From Rebecca billardiae RCC1528 (taxonomy: Eukaryota > Protista > Haptophyta), in the NCBI GenBank assembly GCA_965240325.2, contig OZ251224.1:2976001-3040000 (forward strand): a stretch of 64,000 nucleotides of DNA. Reading direction: 5' to 3'. Under the pieces are notes generated by a model. It did not search any database. It had not been told where the DNA came from and saw only the letters and a program-made list of their open reading frames with translations. Made by a program: the position numbers and the translations under genes. Positions 54,485 through 64,000 of this stretch are shown here, one piece after another; positions within the stretch are counted from its first letter, which is position 1; each line of letters begins with the position of its first letter.

Positions 54485-54811
54485 CGGTACGACCGGACGG
54501 GTCACCTGACGCGCGCACTTAATGACTTATCGCGAGCCCCGCTCGCATTGGTTGTTCTGTAAGAACAAGCATGCGAGCGGAGCGAGTTTTCCGGTAGGAC
54601 ACGCGAAGTCCGGTGATTCTTACAAGGTTGATGGCCTTCCAATAGGTATCCCGAGGAATACAGTTTAGTCAGATCCCAATTGGGGCCAACGGTTTTTCGT
54701 GCAATCTGTCAGTCAACTCCCCCAGCTACGTCCCCGGGAACAGCAAGAGATGTAGTGATGATGATGATTCTAAGGTCGGATCAAGGGTCCGGAGTGTCGG
54801 ATCCCTCCTCG

Positions 54812-57008
54812 CAAGGGCTGCGAACTCTGCCGCGCCGGTGAGAGGAGGTTGGGTCAAGGGAGGTCCGGGCCGGGAGCTCCCAGCGAGCGGCCAGCGCGAC
54901 ATCACCTCAAGGTTTTTCCTGAGCGCCGGGCGGCAGCGGCGGCGAGGGCGGTGCTCCGCTGGCGGGGCGCGCACGGGGCACGGCGCTGCGGGCGCGGATG
55001 TGTCCGCAGAGCCGGCGCGTGCGGACGGGCTGTTGCGGGAGAGCATCTGGCGCCCTCCTGCGCCGCGCGCATTGCGCCACGCCTCTTTCGCCTTGACTCA
55101 GGGCAGCGCGCACATGCGCGCTGCGTCAAGGCCAGCCTTGCCGCGCCGCAGCCGACCGCACGCGCGCCGTGCGCGGCGTGGTCGGGAAGGAACGGGCGCG
55201 GCTGCCGGGCGAGATGGCGACATCACGTGCGCACGCCATGTCGTCCCGCGGCGCCGCGAAAGGGCGCGATAACGGATCCGCACAGCTGTTGACGAGTGCT
55301 GATTTCTTGCCGTGCCTGAAGCCAGACCTGAGCTCGAAAAAGATGATGAAAGTGCATCAGCGCGAGGAAAGCGTCGCACCCAGCACTTCTACATGGCCAC
55401 GTGGTGATGGACATTCATGTAAGAGTAGTCCGCGTGCCCGTCTGGCACTGTTCTGTGTCTCAATGATCGTCCCGACAAGGGTCGCGACCGCGAGGCCGTG
55501 CAGACCATTTGAGACAACTCGAAGAGGCGTGCAAACGGACCGGCGACACGCTCGTCAAGGCGTGGCGGGGCGGCATGGCGTGCGCACGTGATGTCGCCAT
55601 CTCGCCCGGCAGCCACGCCCGTTCCTTCCCGACCACGCCGCGCACGGCGCGCGCGCGGTCGGCTGCGGCGCGGCAAGGCTGGCCTTGACGCGGCGCGCAT
55701 GTGCGCGCTGCCCTGAGTCAAGGCGAAAGAGGCGTGGCGCAATGCGCGCGGCGCAGGAGGGCGCCAGATGCTCTCCCGCAACAGCCCGTCCGCACGCGCC
55801 GGCTCTGCGGGCACATCCGCGCCCGCAGCGCCGTGCCCCGTGCGCGCCCCGCCAGCGGAGCACCGCCCTCGCCGCCGCTGCCGCCCGGCGCTCAGGAAAA
55901 ACCTTGAGGTGATGTCGCGCTGGCCGCTCGCTGGGAGCTCCCGGCCCGGACCTCCCTTGGTTGGGTATCGATCTCCTGGGGCGCCGCCCTGGAGGGCGCG
56001 TGGGGTGCGCACGCCGCGTGCTCCTGCGCCCGCGGCAGCGGGCGCGGACACGGCGCGCGTGGTTGGTCGCATGCTAGACAGCACGTAGTGCCCTCCCACG
56101 CCGCGCGCCGCGCTCGCCGGCGCCCTCGCCGTGCCTCAGGCCAGCCCGCGCCCGCGCGCCGCACCAAGAGCCAGCCGTGGCCACGCGCCAGCCGCCAGCG
56201 CGCGCGCGGTGCGCGGTGCGGTCGGCGCGGGGCGGGCGCGCGCCCGGGGCGAGGCTCGTGTACGATCGGCGCGCGCCATGCCGCCACGCGCCGCCACGCT
56301 GGCGCCCGCATGGGTCGGCGCACGCGTTTTCATGCTGTCGAGTGTGCATTGGCCAAGTTTGAAAATGCTCATGTTGAGACGATCACGGGAAGGCAGCGAA
56401 GCGCGATAGACATGCGCAGACCACTGATGTGTGAACGATTGGCATCCTATGATGGCGCAAGAGTCCCCAAGTCGTCGCATTCCTCGCACTGACGCGCTCA
56501 CAGCCGCTTGTCCAAGCTCATTTCTGATGGCTGAGGAATGCTCGACGAGCACCCATCAGCAGCCGCGTGGAACGTGATCAAGCTCGTGTTCGGCGACGCG
56601 TGGCGGCATGGCGCGCGCCGATCGTACACGAGCCTCGCCCCGGGCGCGCGCCCGCCCCGCGCCGACCGCACCGCACACCGCGCGCGCGCCGGCGGCTGGC
56701 GCGTGGCTACAACTGGATCTTGGTGCGGCGCGCGGGCGCGGGCTGGCCTGAGGCACGGCGAGGGCGCCGGCGAGCGCGGCGCGCGGCGTGGGGGGGTACT
56801 ACGTGCTGTCTAGCATGCGACCAACCACGCGCGCCGTGTCCGCGCCCGCTGCCGCGGGCGCAGGAGCACGCGGCGTGCGCACCCCACGCGCCCTCCAGGG
56901 CGGCGCCCCAGGAGACATAGCCGCTGCGCCGCGAGGGCGCACGAGTTGATCGATACCCAACCTCCTCTCACTCGCGGCACTGGGAGTTAGCAGCCCTGAC
57001 CGCCCTTG
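54812..57008. mobile_element. P/Galileo-like foldback element FB4 (older), left arm interrupted by FB3
   Basis: Ends CAAGGGC...GCCCTTG. Arms 54812-54854 plus 55967-56295, and 56592-57008. Spacer ~296 bp. Imperfect TSD CTCCTCG/CTCCACC. Confidence 0.7.
54855..55959. mobile_element. P/Galileo-like foldback element FB3 (1,105 bp)
   Basis: Inverted arms of ~395 bp starting CAAGGGAGGT. 7-bp TSD GTTGGGT. The empty site is visible in the opposite arm of FB4 at ~56948-56971. Confidence 0.88.
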
Positions 57009-57029
57009 CTCCACCGGCTCGTTCCTCAC

Positions 57030-60000
57030 GGTTCGGCAAGAGAGCAAGGACCCGTGAAGGTGCTTACATCAGTTGCTCGCTCCCTTCATGAGATCGGTGC
57101 GCAGTGATCGGTGAAGGAGTGAGGACTGATGATGTATGAGCTGAGGAAGCCGGACAAACACCAAGCAAGCAGTGCCGGACCGCCACGGTTCGGCAAGAGA
57201 GCAGGACCCGTGAAGGTGCTTACATCCAAGGGGAGTCAGGGTACAGCACGTCCAGTTGGGCTGCAGCTGGAGCTTGGGTCCAAAAGCTTCCCGCGGCGCA
57301 GCGGCACTCGCCGCCGCCGCCGCCGTCGAGGGGCGGTTGTGGCGCGCACGGCGTGAGCCGCTGCGGGCGCTGAGGTGCGCGCGACGGCGGCGCGCCCGGC
57401 GGCGCTGCTGTAGGAGGCCACTGCCCTCCTCTCTGCCCCGCGCGCTTCGCTCGTCGTCGCCGTCTCCGCGCCTGCGACTCAGCGCGCACGCGAGCGCGGC
57501 ACCGCCCGGCCGCCGGGGCAATCTCAGCCGTGACTGCGCATGTGCGTCGCGACCTGGTCGGCCCAGCGCGCGAGGCGCGTGTGGGCGAGGTAGGGCTAGT
57601 ATGGGCGCGCGCCATGCCGCCTCGACCTTGCGCCGGTGGGCATGTCGCGGGCCTTGCACCTCTGTCGACAACGTTGACAAACATGTGGCACCCAAGCGCA
57701 GACGTCAGTGTGCACGATCGAGGCAGTAGGCGTACAGACGCCATAGTTGCAGAGCCTTTTGTGATCGTTCGAAACATACATCGTCAGTGGCTCTCGTCCA
57801 GGTCGTCTGCGCGCGGAACTGACGTTTTGACTGAGTGCCTCGAAATCGCCTCGACGATGGCCCGTGCATTGCTTGAACACAGTCCAAGCGGCCAACCAGA
57901 CACGCGTGCTCAGTCTCCTGATGTACGCTCTGATGGTTACTAGAGGCGGCATGGCGCGCGCCCATACTGGCCCTACCTCGCCCACACGCGCCTCGCGCGC
58001 TGGGCCGACCAGGTCGCGACGCACATGCGCAGTCACGGCTGAGATTGCCATTTGCCCCGGCGGCCGGGCGGTGCGGCGCTCGCGTGCGCGCTGAGTCGCA
58101 GGCGCGGAGACGGCGACGACGAGCGAAGCGCGCGGGGCAGAGAGGAGGGCAGAGGCCTCCTACAGCAGCGCCGCCGGGCGCGCCGCCGTCGCGCGCACCT
58201 CAGCGCCCGCAGTGGCTCACGCCGTGCGCGCCACAACCGCCCCTCGACGGCGGCGGCGGCGGCGAGTGCCGCTGCGCCGCGGGAAGCTTTTGGACCCAAG
58301 CTCCAGCTGCAGCCCAACTGGACGTGCTGTACCCTGACTCCCCTTGTTACATCAGTTGCTCGCTCCCTTCATGAGATCGGTGCGCAGTGATCGCGGTGAA
58401 GGAGTGAGGACTGATGATGTATGAGCTGAGGAAGCCGGACAAACACCAAGCAAGCAGTGCCGGACCGCCCCGGCCGGCGGTGCGGAAGCACTGCGCAGGC
58501 GGGTCTACCGGATGCTTCGTGGCGCCCTCGCCAAGGCGCGCGCTTCTTGCGGCCGCAGATCTCCCAGTGGATGCGGCGCGTGGTCGGTGCCAAGGCGCAT
58601 GCGGAATAGTGTGCGCCCCTCGTACCTGAACCTCACCCCGGCTGCTCGCCGGACCCAGCGCCATGACCGCTGCGCGCACCGCGTGCGCGTGCGGCTCGCC
58701 GAGTCTGCGGACGCTTCGTGGCAAACCGCGGGCGGTCAGAAGGATGCAGCAGCTTCGGGAGGTGCCGCATCGGAGTGCCTGCTGCTTCGAGCTGCTGGTT
58801 CTTGCTTCTCCCACCACCTGCGAGCACTCCCACCACCTGCGCGCTTGCTTCTCCCACCACTCCTGCGCGCTTGCGTCTGCTTGCTTGGCCGTCCCGCCAC
58901 CTGCGCGCTTGTTTCTTGCGTGCAGCAGTACCATACCATGCACGCAGCAGTACCATACCATGCGCACAGCAGTGCCATACCATGCGCGCAGCAGTACCGC
59001 CAGTACCATACCATCATGCGTGCAGCAGTATCATACCATGCCGCGCGGCACGGTACCATACCATGCGCGCAGCAGCAGTACATACCACCATGTGTGCAGC
59101 AGTACCATACCGCCATCATGCGCACAGCAGTACCATACCATGCGCGCAGCAGTACCATACCATCATGTGCGCAGCAGTACCTACCATGCATGCAGCAGTA
59201 CCATACCATGCGCGCAGCAGTAGGCCATAACATACCATGCAGTACCATATACCATGCACACCGAGCGAGCAGTACCACACTACAGTGCGCGCAGCAGTAC
59301 CATACCATGCGCGCCGCAGTACCATACCATGCGAGCAGCAGTACCATACCATCATGCGTGCAGCAGTACCATACTACCATGCTTGCAGCAGTACCATACC
59401 ATGTGCACAGCGGTGCCATACCATGCCATGTGAGTGCCATGGATACCATGCGCCCAGCAGTACCATAGTCCATACCATGTGTGCCGGCAGTACCATATGG
59501 CACTACTGCACGCATGGTAGGGATGGTACTGCTGCACGCATGGTATGGTACTGCGCTGCAAGCATGGTCGTATGGTACTGCTGCGTGCATGATGGTATGG
59601 TACTGCTGCGCGCATGGTATGGTACTGCTGCGCACATGGTATGGTACTGCTGTGCGCATGGTAGTATGGTACTGCTGCACGCATGATGGCCGTACTGCTG
59701 CGCGCATGATGGTATGGTACTCAGCTGCGAGCATGGTATGGTACTGCTGCGCGCATGCGGTATGGCAATGGTACTGCTGTGTGCATGGTACACCGTACAG
59801 TATGAAGCTGCGGAGAGAGCAAGGACCTGTGAAGGTTCCTCAGTTCAGCTTCCTCTCGGTTGCTTCCGGTTCCTCACTGTTTCAAGAGAGCAAGGACCTG
59901 TGAAGGTGCTTCAGCTTCCTCCGTTGCTCGCTCCCTTCATGAGATCGGTGCGCAGTGATCGGTGAAGGAGTGAGGACTGATGATGTATGAGCTGAGGAAG

Positions 60001-60810
60001 CCGGACAAATACCAAGCAAGCAGTGCCGGACCGCCCCGGCCGGCGGTGCGGAAGCACTGCGCAGGCGGGTGGCGGGTCTACGATGCTTCGCCCTCGCCAA
60101 GGCGCGCGCTTCTTGCGGCCGCAGATCTCCCAGTGGATGCGGCGCGTGGTCGGTGCCAAGGCGCATGCGGAATAGTGTGTGCCCCTCGTACCTGAACCTC
60201 ACCCCGGCTGCTCGCCGGACCCAGCGCCATGACCGCTGCGCGCACCGCGTGCGCGTGCGGCTCGTAGTCGCGGCCACGCTTCGTCTGCAAACCGCGGGCG
60301 GTCAGAAGGATGCAGCAGCTTCGGGAGGTGCCGCATCGGAGTGCCTGCTGCTTCGAGCTGCTGGTTCTTGCTTCTCCCACCACCTGCGAGCACTCCCACC
60401 ACCTGCGCGCTTGCTTCTCCCACCACCTGCGCGCTTGCGTCTGCTTGCTTGGCTCCCACCACCTGCGCGCTTGTTTGTTTCTTGCGTGCAGCAGTACCAT
60501 ACCATGCACGCAGCAGTACCATACCATGCGCACAGCAGTGCCATACCATGCGCGCAGCAGTACCGCCAGTACCATACCAACATGCGTGCAGCAGTACCAT
60601 ACTGTACCATGCACGTGGCAGTACCATACCATGCGCGCAGCAGTACTTACCATACTGCTACCATGCGCGCAGCAGTACCATACCATCATGCGTGCAGCAG
60701 TACCATACCATACGACCATGTGAGTGCCATACCACGCGCCCAGCAGTACCATACCATGCGCGCAGCAGTACCGCCAGTACTCTGTCACTACCATCATGCG
60801 TGCAGCAGTA
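57030..60810. repeat. Partial tandem repeat family (units begin AAGAGAGCAAGGACC) carrying a CAGCAGTACCATACCATG minisatellite
   Basis: Unit heads at ~57036, ~57192 (split by FB5, resuming 58354), ~59815 and ~59884. Minisatellite runs forward at 58920-59500, inverted at 59503-59790, and forward at 60486-60810. Confidence 0.85.
57227..58346. mobile_element. P/Galileo-like foldback element FB5 (1,120 bp)
   Basis: Arms 57227-57623 and 57943-58346 starting CAAGGGGAGT. 7-bp TSD TTACATC. Empty site at 57061-57080. Confidence 0.9.
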
Positions 60811-61676
60811 TTGATGATAATGAAGTCGTGGTGGCCTGTGTGGCGCGCGGCGCTGACGGTCACGGAGCGGCCAGCGGGGCGAGCCCTGCATTCCGGTAGG
60901 ACCGGGGTGAATGCAGCATTGCCGGGTGCAACCCGGCAATGCCCGCCTGAATGGTATACGACGACTAGTTATTACTGCTTAGTCTTACGCGGGCCGGCGC
61001 AGCCCGTTTGGCGTTATTTGTCATCATCACTATTGTTGTCTTCTGCCGGCCCGCGGCGCGGCAGCCGGGTCGGAGGGTGCGGGCTGGCCACGGCGGCTGA
61101 CCGCCGTGAGGCCCAGGGGCTGATGCCATCACTGATGGCAGGAGCAGATGCAGCGGAATTTGACTGCTCGGACGCCGTCACGCCGAGGATAAGTCGAGCG
61201 CCACGTTCCGCAGCACCCACTGCCACGCATACGGCGCTCCTGGGCGAACGGACCGCCGTGCCACGACAGCCACGGTCCACTGGCTGCAGCTCAGGCACCT
61301 GCTGCGGTGGCGCGGGTGGCTTCGGCGGCGGCGGTGGCTGCACGGGCTGCGCGACCGTGTCGTGCCGCGTGAGGCTGACTTCGCTGCGGCCCGTGAGCCA
61401 ACCTGAGAGTGACTACACTCGGCGGACTTCGCCTTCGGCGCCGCTACTCGGACACAACGGTCAAATAGCACTCCCGCGTGCCTCGGCCGCCGCCGCGCGG
61501 CTCGCCGGTTCGGATGCCGAGCCGCCGCCACCCACGGACCGTATCATTTGCCTAACGGATCCGGGATGACTCAGTCGTAACTCACTCGACTGCTGCTATC
61601 ACTTGACGACTATACACTGTGATGACATTGGCGGGAGGCTACGGGAGTCTCGTTCGGTCATGTGTCAGCAGGTCGG

Positions 61677-63246
61677 CTAGCACTCAGCACCGCCGACCAA
61701 CTGCAGGAGCTGCTCGAGGGGAAGCTCCTCGGTGACGAGCTCCTCAGTGATGAGCCGCACCAGCTCCGACTCGGCGATCCCCTCTCCCAGTTCGAGCGCC
61801 TGCGCCTCGCTACCGTCGCCAGAGGAAGCGCCAGCTACGGCGCCGTGCAGCGTCGACGTGTGTGCCGCGTCTCCGCCTCCGGGCTTCAGGAGCGCGCCCG
61901 GGCCGAGCACACCGCGCAAATCCTCGTGCGCTGTGCAGGCCACCGGGCTCGTGTCACCGCCGGTCGCAGCTCCGTCCGCGCCGCGCGGTGCGAGCCCGTC
62001 GTCCACCGTGTCAGAGGCTAAGATCGTGTGCGCAGAGGAAGGCGCGGGCGATGCCGACGGCTCCACACGGGCGGGCGCTGGCGCGCAGGGTGCGCCGCCG
62101 CTCGCCCTCATCCCGAGCACGCGCGGGCCACAGATGAAGGTATCGTCCTCCAGCAGGTAGCACTCGTACGACTGGCCGCCCGGTCGGAAGGCGACGCGCA
62201 AGCGCATGCGCAGCGAGACGCGGCTGCCGTTGACAAGCACGTTGACGTGTGCGGGCGCCGGCCCCTCGATGAAGCACATCTGCTCGGGATCGCGCGCGCG
62301 GGCGATCGTCTCCACCCACAGCCGCACGGCACTCGGATCGGCCCCACCAATGCTGTTCCAGTACGCGTCGTCGCACGCGACGCACGCCTGCTCGAGCTCC
62401 TCGAGCGAGGCGCCGATGTGCTGCCACCACGCGGGGAATGCGGCGTTGTAAAAGTAGCGCGCGCCGCCGGGCACCTCCACGCGCGTGATGCACGGCAGGG
62501 GCAGCCCGTGCCACTCGGCCACAAACTCGGGCAGCATCGCCTCGCTCGGCGGCGGTGCACTCGGGTCGACCGACTCGGAGCCGAGCGTCATCATGCGCAT
62601 GGCGTCGTCGAGCGTGAGGCGCAGCTCGCTCGCCATGCGCAGCCCCTCGTTGGTGAGCTCTGGAAGTGCAGGGACCCGGCGGCGAGGAGCGGGCGGGCGG
62701 GGCGCGTGCGTGGGCGCGCGTCAGCGCGAGGGTGCGTGATCGAAGGGGCCAGGCGCCCCGCAGGCAGCGCGCACCCCAGCTCTGGTGGCGCTTCGCCATC
62801 GAGAAAGCTGACTTGACGAACACAAGTCGCACCCCGTAGCCCTCGGGCGTGTCTAATCGGAGCAGCTCATCGCGGTAGTGCTGCCAGACCTCCTCCTCGA
62901 GCTGTCTCGCGACTGCGATCGGCCGCGCCGGGGCCTGCGCAACCAATGGTCCAACTGGCGTCGCGCTCGGTGCTTCCGCCCCGGCCCCGTTGGGGCTTGA
63001 GCGCGCCGGCTTCATGAGCGCCCGGACGGCTGGGCTGAGCCGCTTTGTCGTCCCCGCGTTCCCGTGCCGCCCACGGCGGGATGGCTCGTTGGGGATGCAG
63101 ACAAGCCCAAGGCGTTCGCAGCGGCTGCAAGTCGAGCCCTCGCACGCCTCGAGGTCGCATCGGACCTTGCTGAGCCGGCAGCCCTTGCACGAGACGGCCG
63201 CATGCTTCCGCTGCGTGCTTGACGTGGTTCCCGTGGCGGCAATCAT
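61677..63246 (-). CDS. Zn(II)2Cys6 (GAL4-type) transcription factor, exons 63246-62775 and 62659-61677
   Basis: SCKGCRLSKVRCDLEACEGSTCSRCERLGLVC. A GT-AG intron at 62660-62774 joins the two ORFs in frame (QSW-E-LTNEGLRM). Confidence 0.85.
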
Positions 63247-63460
63247 CTCGTCCGTCAGCGCTCAGAGCGCCCGGCCTGGCCAGCCAGCCGCCGCCACCTT
63301 GTGAGCGCGCGAGCCAGGCAGCAAGCTCAAAGCAGACGGAGCTCCGACGAGAATCCACCCGGAGTGCACACCGTGCGCACACGGTGCTTCCAACCGGAGC
63401 GGATCTGCAGCCGGACTCGTCCCGCCGCTTGGAGGGCCAGGCGGCTGCGTAGCAGGCCGC

Positions 63461-64000
63461 ATGGAGTTGAGTACCGCGATGAGATGGGCGGAGGGCGGCC
63501 GGCAACGCTCGCTCCTCGCGCTGGCGTTGCTGGCGCTGTCCGCGCCGCCGTGTGGCGGCGCGGGGCATGCGCGATTCAGCCGGGTGCCCCGCCGGGCGCA
63601 CGTCGTGGCGCGCGCCCCGCCAGCTGCCTCGAGCGAGGCGGTTGAGCAGGCGGCGGAGCCCTGCAACGTCGTGCTCACGCACACATCGGCCGACTTCGAC
63701 TCGCTCGCGGGCAGCGTCGCGCTGGCGAAGCTGTGGAACGCGGAGGGTGGCGACGTGCCCACGGTGGTGGTCATGCCCCGCGGCGCCAACCCCACGGTCA
63801 AGCGCTTCCTCGCGTACCACAAGCACCTGTACCCGATCCGCGGCTTCAACACCATCCGGCCGAGCGACGTGCGCAAGGTGGGCGTCGTGGACACGCAGTC
63901 GCGCGAGCGGCTCGGCCGTGCGTCGGAGTGGCTCGAGACGGCCGACTCCGTCGTGGTCTTCGACCACCACGTCGACCTCGGCGAGTCGGCGGTGGGCCCG
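63461..64000 (+). CDS. DHH-family phosphoesterase, 5' part, with signal-like presequence
   Basis: VVLTHTSADFDSLAG, VGVVDTQ, VVVFDHH. Hydrophobic N-terminal segment. Runs off the window. Confidence 0.88.
   Translation, partial: MELSTAMRWAEGGRQRSLLALALLALSAPPCGGAGHARFSRVPRRAHVVARAPPAASSEAVEQAAEPCNVVLTHTSADFDSLAGSVALAKLWNAEGGDVPTVVVMPRGANPTVKRFLAYHKHLYPIRGFNTIRPSDVRKVGVVDTQSRERLGRASEWLETADSVVVFDHHVDLGESAVGP

Noticed and set aside
57120-57160. CTGATGA in the tandem unit as a hammerhead ribozyme core
   Set aside because: No stem II plus GAAA arrangement could be built.
58512-60899. ORFs with CAQQYHT / MVWYCC repeats, and a possible CRISPR array
   Set aside because: These are translations of a minisatellite. 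There are no unique spacers and no cas genes.
60916-60968. Hairpin followed by CTAG-T as a Helitron 3' end
   Set aside because: The 22-nt gap is longer than usual and no 5' end or second copy was identified.

Overview
GC-rich eukaryotic nuclear DNA with short GT-AG introns. The gene and repeat content resembles a haptophyte alga such as a Pavlovales/Diacronema-type genome (inference, not proven). This is a transposon-saturated accessory region. It holds (i) a 14.6-kb intronless gene for a polycystin-1-like receptor with an integrin-alpha-type FG-GAP head on a ~1,900-aa Ser-Pro stalk, then IPT, REJ, GPS, about 5 TM helices, IQ and EF-hands; (ii) four intronless, signal-anchored glycan-modifying genes (three polysaccharide-pyruvyl-transferase-like, one fused to a DUF115/MAF-type domain, and one DUF707-like); (iii) many mobile elements: a deleted pogo-like DDE element, TA-targeting MITEs, a hAT MITE, P/Galileo-like foldback elements with CAAGG ends and 7-bp TSDs plus their footprints, a truncated DIRS/Ngaro-type retroelement with a -1 frameshift pseudoknot and a 2A-like motif, a young gag-only LTR element, and decayed copia and LINE pieces; (iv) at the right end a divergent pair of ordinary genes (Zn2Cys6 transcription factor, DHH phosphoesterase). 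The strongest candidates for undescribed biology are a ~45-nt leader joined to several unrelated intronless genes, a recurring foldback design whose arms end in inward-facing ATGs, and the receptor architecture. All analysis was by eye, with no database searches.
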